Of a stretch of 64,000 bases of DNA, positions 54,372 to 64,000 are shown one piece after another. The notes beneath the pieces are model-generated. The model was not told the DNA's origin, made no database searches, and was given only the letters and a program-made list of their open reading frames with translations. Position 1 is the first letter of the stretch. Each line of letters starts with the position of its first letter. The DNA comes from Lama glama (taxonomy: Eukaryota): NCBI GenBank assembly GCA_028534125.1, contig CM052816.1:41046001-41110000 (forward strand), in the 5' to 3' direction. The translations under genes were made by a program, and so were the position numbers.

Positions 54372-54453
54372 GATTGTAACATCCAACAGATTTTTTTTTA
54401 ATAGTAATTCTAGTCATACATTCAACAGTCACTCCATGTTCTAGTTCCGGTTA
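54372..54453 (-). pseudogene. Exon remnant, WD-like PELEHGVTVECMTRITIKKNLLDVT
   Basis: ccttgctag| acceptor; H-xxx-V-x-C-M pattern resembles a WD repeat start; donor unclear. Confidence 0.45.
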
Positions 54454-54689
54454 CTAGCAAGGCAATGGGTTTGTGCTACTCACCTCAGCAAACACCACCG
54501 CCTTCTCATGCTTTCAGAGTTTCCCATATCAGCGCTCTCACGTTTGTTTACAACACATCCTCAATTCATCACTCAGACATGTCTTTCAGAACAAGTCTCC
54601 GATAACACATTCTTCATGAACATTTAATTCTTTCTCCTTAACTGAATGTGGTCTTTCCTTACATAAAATCTCTCTTCTTTTTCAAGGAA

Positions 54690-56370
54690 CATTGTGTCTC
54701 ATTCCCATTAAATACCACTTTGTGACAAACAACACTCAGATCTTAGTGCATAATGGCAACAACAGCGATTTATTATTTCTCATGTTTCTGCGTATCGGCG
54801 GGGAGATCCCTGTGCTGAGTTCTCCCGTCCTCACTTACTGGTCCGCCCTCGGCAGGAAGGTCTCACACGGCCTCACCCACGTCTGGCAACTTCTGCTGCT
54901 GCCACCAGCTGGGGTGCCTTTGTTTTCTTCAATGTGTCCTTTCGTCCTGCTGTAGCAAGACTGACTTAGTGATACCATGGTCTGGGAGCAGAGTTCTAAG
55001 AGGGCAAGGGAGGAAGCTGCAAGATCTCCTGAGTCCTGGACTTTGGAGATCACACGTCATTCCATCTACATTTTACTAGGCTCAGTGAGTCACAAAGCCA
55101 GCTGTGAGTCAAGGAGTGGTACAAGAGATGCTACTTATTGATGCAAGAAGCTACAAAGAAGTTAAGGCTGTATTAAATCTATCACAGCCCATTGTCTGGT
55201 CATAACTATTTACAATCGTAACACAAGCAAAACACATTTACCTTTTTTCAAGGACCCTAGAAGTCTTACCCTTAAGTAGCATTGTGCTCAAAATCTGCTA
55301 TCTAATCATGCTAAAATGAAAGTGATGTACCACCACACACACCCATTCACTCATCTAATAGACATTGGTAAGACAGGGACAGAATCATCTCAATAGAAGC
55401 AATGTCAACACAAAACCTCAACAAAAGAATGGGAACACACAGAAGTTAGTGGCGTCTCAGAGTCATTCTGAAATCTGGCTCGCAACTTATGGCCAGGCAC
55501 CTAATTCTGCAGGTACAGGATGTTTCTTGATCTTGGCCCTTATGTGCTGAGAATGGTTCCCTAAGTCGCTGTCTCATAAATCCCCGGGTCTGCTCCCAAA
55601 GGCGCTTGTCTTTTCTATAGCCCGTGTTTAAGCACTTCTCACAGCCTACTTTCTGTCCAGAGGCCTCTCTTCTTTTTTAAGTGCCTCTGCCCCTAAAGGG
55701 CAAGTCCAAGTTGGTAGTCTTTTTACAAGTTAATACCAATATTCTTTAATCTAGCAATGCTAGGATCTTCTATTCTTCTTCTAAAATTTCCTTTCAAATC
55801 AAACAGTTCCTTCTTTAGTGCACCACTAGTTCCCCATGCTAAATTATTCACAGCCAGGAAAAGCTAACGGGCACCTTCACTATTTGTCTAGAGATGATCT
55901 TCATCAGACCCATATGGGTATTTAGTACAATGTCTATCTTCGAATTATAGCAGGTCAGTGTTTTGACAACTGTTCAGCCACATGTGACATAGCTTCCAAC
56001 AGTTCCTTCTCCATTTTCCTAGCCTCTACCTACAGTCCCCTTGCCTCTATCTGTCACCTGGTCCCCAAGACTAAACCCCATTTAGGGTTTTGTTACAGTA
56101 GCACTTATTTTCAGCTCATGTCTGGCAGTTTGTGCTGCCCATCAGCTGGGGCACCTTGGTTCCCTGCATCTCATCCTCCAGTGGGTAGTAACAGCTTCTC
56201 TACATGATGGTCTCAGGGCAACATTCCAAGAGCACAAAGGCAGAAGCTGCATAATGTCACTTTCATCTCATTCTATTGGTCCAAGAAATTCATAGGGTCG
56301 GTTTCCAATCATTGAAGAAACAGTCTCCACATTGATGCAAAGAATGGGAGGCCCCATTTCTACCACACAC
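54690..56370. mobile_element. MLT1/MaLR LTR and internal fragments
   Basis: Two MLT1-like halves (54690-55190, 56100-56370) flanking MaLR-internal-like sequence. Confidence 0.6.
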
Positions 56371-57332
56371 CTCATATTAGATGCTTTTATTCTTAACAGT
56401 CTTCAAGGTCATGACTTTATTTCCATGGTATCTTCTGCATTATTTGGCACAGTACTTGTTGGATATCTTTTACTTAATATTTATTCTACAAATGTAAGGA
56501 TTACCCTGGTATTATCGCTTAGTAAAAGGATAATAATGAGATGTCTATGCAAATGTTTAAGGCAGCAACATGTTTTTAAGAATTGGAGAAACATCTATTG
56601 GTGATTAAGCACAAGGTATGAAAATTACAAGCCTTTCTAACACACTCAGTCTCCTTTCTGCTAATAGCAATGTGGGTTATATGTCCTTGGGAAAAAATAT
56701 AGCTAAATTTCTTTTAAAACAATCTATGATTTAGATTTATTTTTTTTCTTTCCTAATTCGAATTTTGTACAACAAATGGAATTGCACTATAAGGAAACTT
56801 ATAAATCACCTTCAGACGGGATATATAATGTAAAATAAACCTTCCAAAAAATGAAAAACTGACTTATAAAACTGAGAAGATATATTTTCTACTATCACAT
56901 GAACACTTTTTCAACTATATTGCCCTTCTCTAAATATTCCTCCGAAGTGGAATTCCTGATGAAAATACTATATAATTAAAGTACGTTTTGTTTCCCTGCA
57001 GATAACATTACTTGCTTCAACTAAATGCTTATATACTTGTTTTACTTCTACTTAAGCATATTTTAAAATAAAGTTGAATACTCATCTGTTTTTCCCCAAA
57101 GTAAACTTTGTTATAAAAGGGAGAAAATGTATTTCACTGAAGGTCAGATTTTTAACAATTTTTCCTTACACTCACTATGTGACACTGAGAAAAAATTACC
57201 TGATCTCTTTGGACTTCCATTTCTTTAAGACAGAAGATAGGAATTTCTTTCAGGTCTCATAGCTCTAAAACACCTAGTTCTCTACACCACTCTGTGCCGT
57301 CTAACACACTAATGCAAAATTGAAGGACTCAC

Positions 57333-57430
57333 TGGATGTTTTTTCACTACCCAGCAGTTTCATTAACAAGAGCTTTACTACTTAGAAGGGAGACTATAGT
57401 ATCTGATGATTAATGAGCCAGGTCTTCAGC
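57333..57430 (-). pseudogene. Exon remnant LKTWLINHQIL*... disrupted
   Basis: tatttag| acceptor, |GTGAGT donor; stops. Confidence 0.5.
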
Positions 57431-58566
57431 CTAAATATACGTTCCCATGTTGCTCAGCAAAATGATAAACAAGAAGGAAACACAGGTTGAGAATGTGTGT
57501 CCAATTCACTTATGTTGGCCATTTTATTTTTCAGTTAATAAAGCTGATACCTAGACGATCTAACAAGAAAAATACACAATAAGTAGATTAATGTCTGCAA
57601 AACAAGGGGAAATGTCAAATCAAAATACAAGCAAAAAAGTCAAGTTAGAATAAAAGCTTAAAGTTAATTTACAGATAAATTGTTTAAAATTGAGGTCTCA
57701 AGCTTTGTTGCTTTCCTAAAGAATTTACACAAACTACTGTCCTCTGATCATATTGCCCCCTTTTCTCAGTTATTCTTTTGACTTGTAATAAAGGTTAAGA
57801 TCCCAGGAAACCTCCAGATTATGGACTTTGTGTACTTTCCTTACTGAAAGGAACCAAGGCTTCTCAGGCAATTAAGTGACTTCAGCTGGATTAGGTAATA
57901 TATAAGAGATGTCTGGAATATCCTATTTTGACAGAAAACAAAGATTATTTTGTCAAAAGACACAGGAACCAACCTGAAGACAGGCTCTCACTATTAAAAG
58001 ATGGAGTTACCTTAGCAAAAAAAAAGAAAAAAAATAATGATAATAATATACAGAACTATGTCAAATGAAGTTTCATAAATTCATAATGGTATTTTAAAAC
58101 ATATAGGTTATCTTTGGAGGTAACTAGAACACTCACTCATTGTTCTGAAAATCAGTAGAGGGAACAATTCAGCATTATCCAGCTTCTATTTCGTGAATTA
58201 TCTTTAGGGTAAGCAGATAGTACAAGACAGAACAGCCTAATCTATGGAGACTTCAGTTAGATCAGAGCTTCTGTAAACCAATATTGTTGCAGTAAATAGA
58301 ATACAAATAGTATGTAAAGATGTAAGAAAAGGAATTTTCTTGCAATCTCTTAGGCAGAATTTTAACGATCACAAATTTTCCTCATTTTTCCTGAGCACTG
58401 ATGTGTTCTTCCCACTCCTTTTGATAGTCTAAGAGCTCTCAGCTCCTCTGGCCACTGCTTCCCTCATCCCCCACATGTGCACGCTGACTCTCCAACTTTG
58501 ATGTTCTTCCAGAAGGAACACAGAGAACCCCACTTCATTATATCCTCATCACATGGGCATTCTCAC

Positions 58567-58625
58567 TCTTTGTAAAAGCAATCTTGAATGTGTTCCCAAA
58601 TATCATTCTGGCTACATTTTTAACC
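58567..58625 (-). pseudogene. Exon remnant VKNVARMIFGNTFKIAFTK
   Basis: tttatttag| acceptor, |GTGAGA donor; open frame. Confidence 0.6.
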
Positions 58626-59052
58626 CTAAATAAATTCCGTTCTAGCTTAATACACCTTCACTAATTTTCAAAGTACTTCCATAGAAATTGGCTCCTCTGG
58701 TCATCAATAATTACTCAGTTGGAATGTCATCAGGAAGAGGATGTTTCAGTAGACAATGTAGATAAAGAGTTGTAAGACCTAAGGAGGGGGAGGAAGGAGG
58801 GAAGAAAAGGAAACAGGCATAGTCTTGAATGGGGTGTAAAAGTAACTTCACAGAAGTGGAAGAAAGGTTGGGGAGTTCAACATAAAATGAGAGAAAATAT
58901 AAGGAAGAAACATACAGAGATCATCCACTGAAAAAAGATTTAAAAACCTTAAAAAGAGAAAATCAAGATGAAGGAGGAAGGAGTGGAATGGGTAAGAAAA
59001 ATGAGAGATTTGATGGGTCCTGAAGTATGTTATTCAAGTTAAATGCTCACAC

Positions 59053-59119
59053 CTCATCGTGCTGTCCATTTGACATGTGGCGATTAAAGTCAGTCATAAT
59101 TCATAATTTATGATCTGTC
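59053..59119 (-). pseudogene. Exon remnant with WD-like ...LTLIATCQMDSTMR
   Basis: cctctcag| acceptor, AG|GTGTGA donor; joins 58625 in phase (MR-VKNV). Confidence 0.6.
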
Positions 59120-59315
59120 CTGAGAGGCTAATTAGGTTTCCTGCAATTAAACACTACTCAGGATGCCTCAGCTGTTCTTACCAAACCTTCAACTGGCTAT
59201 AAACCTAGAGCCAAAGCAAGGCCTTTGGGAGAGATGATTCAGTTGCACAATTGTGATCAGAAAAAAAAACAAAAAACAAAACAAACAAACAAACAAACAA
59301 AAAGCCACCCGTCAG

Positions 59316-59505
59316 AGCAGTTTTTATCAAAGTGTGACCCAGATCTTTGGCATCAGAGATACCTATGATCCTTAATACACGAAGATTTTTGCGTGCTGCC
59401 AGAACACACTAAATCAAATTCTCTGGAGATGGGACCCAGGCATTTGGATCTTTGAAAGTGGGAATTTTTCCAAGAATCTTATGTCTTCCTTATACACCCT
59501 AAAGT
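59316..59505. mobile_element. MER5-like fragment
   Basis: gcagtttttatcaaagtgtg...aaatcaaattctctggagatgggacccaggc. Confidence 0.55.
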
Positions 59506-59958
59506 TTCTTCTGTTAGGAGAAATAGAGCCTAGGGGCAGGCCAGGTTAATTACCTAAACTGCTTTCTTTAATCAGCTACTGGATCAGTATCTTTCAGAAG
59601 CAGAAGGAGTAAACAACAGTTATCAATCTGCAGGGTGAGTTCAAGAAAATACCACTCGGTTCTGAACTGCTAACTCTTCTTTATAACTTCCCTCCACAGC
59701 TGGTCGGCCAGCGCAGAAGATGGCTATCGTTAAGTGTAAGAGAAAATGAAACAATATAATTAAAAAGCAAATAAATGGCTTGTACTTCAGTGACGTTCCT
59801 CTTTTTTCCCTCAGGTAGTAATCCTTATCTTATTTAATCTCTTTATTTCATCAAAAGTCAGAGAATAGGAAGATTAAAAAAGAGCATGAGTTTACTTCAA
59901 AAGCCTTAGAGAAATTTTGCTTGTGAGTCACAAAGACCAGGGAAGCAGGTGATCTTAC

Positions 59959-60107
59959 GTAAATAAACGCCCACGGCATCCCATTTTCAAGGCAGGGTCC
60001 AGCAGGAGCTCGCATCTGTTGTTACACACGTGCTAGCCTGCCTCTCCAGAAACCCGCAGCTGCGTAATCAAACACACTGTCACTGACTTCGGGGTCGGGT
60101 TGGGAGG
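59959..60107 (-). pseudogene. Exon remnant SQPDPEVSDSVFDYAAAGFWRGRLARV*QQMRAPAGPCLENGMPWAFIY
   Basis: ttttag| acceptor, |GTAAGA donor, 149 nt, single stop. Confidence 0.6.
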
Positions 60108-60785
60108 CTAAAATCCATCCGACTCATTCACTGCTTGTTCTTGGACAGACTCCTGATGGGAACCATGTGACAGACCCAACAACTATATGGATTTGAGGAA
60201 GGCTGGTTGAATGAGATCTGAATAACTGCTTGGAAACCCTATTTGTTACTGCATCAAATATCTTCAGACAAATGCGCCAGAAAACACCCAGCTTACAGAG
60301 TCCAATTATGGTGGAAAAGCCCAGGGTAATTTCTGTTCCACAACAACTTTGAAAGTCTCAGAGAAAGATTTCCGTATAAGATCTGATTGATGTGGTATTG
60401 AAGCGCTAGAAATGGACCTAGAAATTCTGAATGAGACTGAACTTACCCAACTCTTAACCAGACCTAGAATCCCACTAAACTATAAATGACGAATGAAGAA
60501 ATTGCTCCCTCAGGGTCATTATAGGCTCATCTGTCTGTTTACCGTGATACAAAATAGAATTGTTAATATTTGTTCTATTACCTCCTAAGTGGTTGTGAGA
60601 ATTAAGAAAATTTGTAAGAAAATGCTTAAAAAAAAAAAAAAAGCATGGAGTATAATATAGAGTACGATCATGTGATAGTATTCCGGGACAGTTGTTCCAA
60701 GATATTGTATCTACATGAAAATTCCATTGAGAAAATAATTCTAAAAATTAAATGTTTGCAAATACGTTTGGTGAATATCACTTAC

Positions 60786-60911
60786 CAAAGTGATGATGCA
60801 CAAGAAGCTGGTTACCCTTTATTAGACACCTGCTTATTGTTTCCTCTCACCCTTCACATATATCATTTACATGCAGGGCATCCCCAGCCTTCAATGATGT
60901 CCCATTAATTT
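60786..60911 (-). pseudogene. Exon remnant, heavily disrupted
   Basis: Strong TTG|GTAAGT donor, ttacag| acceptor; stops in all frames. Confidence 0.4.
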
Positions 60912-61045
60912 CTGTAATTTATTGCCTCTTGTTATTCACATGAGGGGGTTAAATACAGCAAAATGAGGTCTTTTAAATTGTGCATGTGGGCCTTTCTGCT
61001 ATGTTAATTACTGTGTTGACAATCTATGGAAAGCATGAATATTGC

Positions 61046-61170
61046 CCCTATTTTCTGCTTTCACTCCTCAACTTTCTTAGATACAGTAATTTCTTTTACT
61101 TTTTTGCATTGTCTGAATTCAACAGATGGGCTAAACAACCTCTTTGACAGCTCATACAGGATTTTCTCAC
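61046..61170 (-). pseudogene. Exon remnant (S)EKILYELSKRLFSPSVEFRQCKKVKEITVSKKVEE*KQKIG
   Basis: ctag| acceptor; one in-frame TGA; donor degenerate. Confidence 0.5.
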
Positions 61171-61193
61171 CTAGATTTCCACCGAGTAAACTG

Positions 61194-61700
61194 TGTGATG
61201 AACACAAGAGCATGGTCAGCTAGCACGTATTTTTATTTTACAAACGCACAGCCTAAGAGTTAAGAGTTATGTTTTACTTGGCGGGAGGACTCGAGCCGGG
61301 ATGTTAGCGTCTCAGATGGCTCTGAGGGACTGCTCCTAAGAGGTAGGGGAGGAGCTAGGATATATAGGAGCTTTACAACAAAGATCAGGTAGTTGGGACA
61401 ATAAAAGATTGCTTGTTATCTAAAGAACACCAGGCATCTCAAGTCAGAATTTAGTGCTTTTCTATGTATGAGAGGAAGCAAACATTTGGGCTCACTGAAT
61501 TCATTCCTTTGACAAGCACCTAGCTATCTAGGGCCAGTATCCTGTCCTTTCTTATTCTGAGTGCCCTCAGAGTGCACTATTGTGAGTGGCTACAGAGGCT
61601 GGGCTGCAGGACTGTCCTCACTGGGGGGTGGCAGCAGCTGCTGCTGACTTGGTTTCAGCATTCTTTGCTTACTGATATGGTTGCAGTATTTTCATTCACA
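61194..61700 (-). mobile_element. Solo ERV1-type LTR
   Basis: TGTGATGAA...TTCATTCACA inverted termini; minus-strand TATATA and AATAAA. Confidence 0.8.
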
Positions 61701-61869
61701 TTGCAGCATTTTGGTTCAAACTTATAACCCTGTGTAGTAAGTAACTGTTATTATTCCTTACTATGTATGACTCAACTGCAGAATGTAGAGCTTAAGTAAC
61801 TGACACAGGCCATGTAGCCCAGTAAATGGCCAAGACCGGGTTTGAACCAGCTTCTTTGAATCCTTGGCT

Positions 61870-62280
61870 GAGTTAGTTCAAGAGCTCCCAGAAGCAGAAC
61901 CAAAATAGGATTAAAAGTGCAAAGATTGTATTGGGGAAATACCTAGGGAGAAATGGAGAAGAAGTCAGGAAAGGATGGGAAAGCCATCGGATCACTGTAC
62001 AGACCATTCGAGAAGTGCTAAAAAGAGGAAATGAGTTAGGTGGAACTTACATAGACACAGAACAGTCCAAGGAAGGCTTGGCAGGGCTGTCTGAGTCCCC
62101 AGGCCAAAGTTGCCATCAGAGGAGTCCCCTGTCTCCCTGCTGTGCTCAGTCACTGACCAGGAGCAGCCAGGGGAAGTGTGCCTCAGAGCAAGCAGGTTCT
62201 GGGTTTCAGAGCGCAGCATCTACGGCCGCGGTCAGTTAAGCTCCCTGCAGCTGCAGGTCTGCAAGGCAGCTTCTCAGAAC
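61870..62280. mobile_element. MLT1-like LTR
   Basis: ctcccagaagcagaacc...gtgcaaagattgtattgggg...ctcagtcactg. Confidence 0.65.
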
Positions 62281-62415
62281 CACCAGCGTATCCTTGAACA
62301 CTACACTACACTATACTATCCATTAGTCCAAAGCAGGGGGAACGGTTGAAGAAGAACCAGAGAGAGCAGTCCTGCGACTAAGATTGAGTGTAGTAAAGAG
62401 GATATAGAGCGGTAC

Positions 62416-62479
62416 TAAATCCAGTATAACACAGATTCTGTAAATCCTTGCACATTTTTTCCAAGTCAGAATCGAAATT
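62416..62479 (-). pseudogene. Exon remnant NFDSDLEKMCKDLQNLCYTGF (64 nt, phase 0 to 1)
   Basis: ctcttctag| acceptor, |GTACCG donor; open; phase fits the next exon starting at 61170. Confidence 0.55.
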
Positions 62480-62698
62480 CTAGAAGAGTTCTCTTTGTAA
62501 GTCCATATAATTTATGGACAAAGATAATGTACAGTTGCATAGATGTATCTCAGACAGATCTAGAACATGGGCTCATGAGGGTTTGACACACCTGAAATAT
62601 TCATCTTGGGAACCTGCCTGTTTGGTACTCAGGACAGTGCTGGGGGTGCCCACAGGGGCTTCTTCCCAGGAAGCAGGCAGCCACACAGCCAGAGACGC

Positions 62699-62848
62699 CC
62701 AAGCAATCAGGAAGGGGTAAGAAGGATCTAAAAATCTCTCAAGGTTAATGGATGTTGAAAATCCTGTTGAGATCTTCACCCCATCAGATGGTATTATCTG
62801 CACCAGGCAGTCTTTGGGGACTTTGAAAACCAGGAGGAGCTTGTCTCT
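62699..62848 (-). pseudogene. Exon remnant, WD region: RDKLLLVFKVPKDCLVQIIPSDGVKISTGFSTSINLERFLDPSYPFLIAW
   Basis: Acceptor tctctctcag|AGAGAC; open frame; donor unclear. Confidence 0.6.
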
Positions 62849-63399
62849 CTGAGAGAGAGATTATTCTCCAGTCTTCTGCATTTCACAACTATCTAAACAT
62901 AGTACATTGTATCCTTTGTATACATGCACAAATATATCTTCTACATGAGTCTATGGGCATTTTCTGGTCAACTACTTTCACCATGTGACACTTGAACAAC
63001 TGTGAATTCTTATACTTACTTACAGCTTAACTAAGATTTAAAAAAAATTTAGAGGTTACACCAGAAATGTCCATGTAGTTAGAGATTTCAGAAGGCCTGA
63101 TTTTTTCCTACATGGCTTACTATAACAAATTATCAGTTATTCCTACCCCTGCCTCACTTCTACAAAAATTTATCTATACACTGGCACCAGATGAATCTTC
63201 TGGAACAGCAAACTATCATGAAAATTAAATGCACAATTATTTAAATTCCAAGATTTTTTGATCACTTACGTGACTAGGTAAGTCACAAAAGCCTGACATT
63301 CAATTTCCTTATCTATGAAACGCAAACAAGATGCTTCTTCTAGTCATCAATTTAATGCCTGCCACTGGACCTTTGCCAGCGGGCATGTCAAATTTAATC

Positions 63400-64000
63400 G
63401 GTGGGGGCGCTAGAGGGACACTGGAGGCGGTAGGTTTTTCTCCAGGTTCTGATGTTCCTCTCCCCCAGGTTCCTGCAGCACACAGGGCTTGGATGCTCAG
63501 TTCCTGCTTCGTATGACAGCCAGCAGCACCTTTTGGTAAGCAGCACTCAGCACCTCTCCCTGAGGAGATCCTTTGGCACCTCCTCGAGCAGCTTTGCAGA
63601 AGGTGTGACCACCCGCACTTCCCCGTGAACAGCTTTCCCCTTGGCTTTACTTGGAGTTCGGAGTGTCAGCCCTTCCCCAGCACAATTTCAACATCACCCC
63701 AAAGGACAGTTCCCAGTTATTTCTGCTTGTGACACCTCAGCCAGCTGTGCTGTCCAGTGAACCACGAATGCATCTTTTCCAACAATGTCTGGATTTTAGT
63801 CCACTAGTCTCCCAGGAAGAAATCATCTAAAATTGCCTCTTCCTTGGGTGTCAGCCCTCGCTAGGAATAGAGGCTTCTCCGTGTATTTGCTATTGTAAAA
63901 TTCTTTAGTTTTCTCTTCCCCTTACTAGCCAATCCCATGTTATAGTCAATAATTCTTTATGTTTAACTTCCCTTGTTTAAATCACTGTGTGATTTCTGCC
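63400..64000. mobile_element. ERVL-type LTR, truncated by window edge
   Basis: ccagctgtgctgtccagtgaaccac...aataattcttta...tgtgtgatttctg. Confidence 0.55.

Larger units (their letters stand above)
15400..63096 (-). pseudogene. Decayed multi-exon (unprocessed) pseudogene of a large WD40-repeat protein, WDR87/WDR97-like; 5' end probably outside the window
   Basis: About 45 minus-strand segments bounded by pyrimidine tract+AG and GT(A/G)AG-type donors; several consecutive runs are phase-compatible; translations include WD-like motifs; many in-frame stops and frameshifts. Family call from remembered motif similarity only. Confidence 0.8.

Noticed and set aside
15400..63096. Intact functional gene, or sequencing errors as the cause of the stops
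   Set aside because: Lesions are numerous and of many kinds (nonsense, frameshift, splice, L1 insertion), consistent with long neutral decay.
1..64000. Prokaryote-type systems (CRISPR arrays, operons, IS elements)
   Set aside because: The sequence is mammalian; no regularly spaced repeats or dense ORFs are seen.

Overview
AT-rich mammalian genomic DNA, probably camelid (two tRNA-derived SINEs of the Vic-1 type and a young cetartiodactyl-like L1 3' end). There is no intact protein-coding gene, and most of the ORF track is noise or L1 debris. The main structure, missed by the ORF track, is a large decayed multi-exon gene on the minus strand from about 63.1 kb down to about 15.4 kb, probably continuing beyond the right edge. 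About 45 exon-like segments with AG acceptors and mostly GT donors can be read by eye. Several runs of them join in the correct reading phase, yet many carry stops, frameshifts or damaged splice sites, and one is split by an L1 insertion. The 5' exons translate to WD40-repeat-like sequence, followed by a PNAVI(x)AQ motif and a long non-WD region. From memory this resembles the WDR87/WDR97 family; that assignment is inference and needs an HMM search. The best reading is an intron-containing (unprocessed, possibly unitary) pseudogene. The window also holds a full-length processed U1 snRNA pseudogene with poly(A) and TSD, L1, L2, MIR, MER5 and LTR fragments, and microsatellites. Repeat boundaries and subfamily names are approximate, judged by eye.
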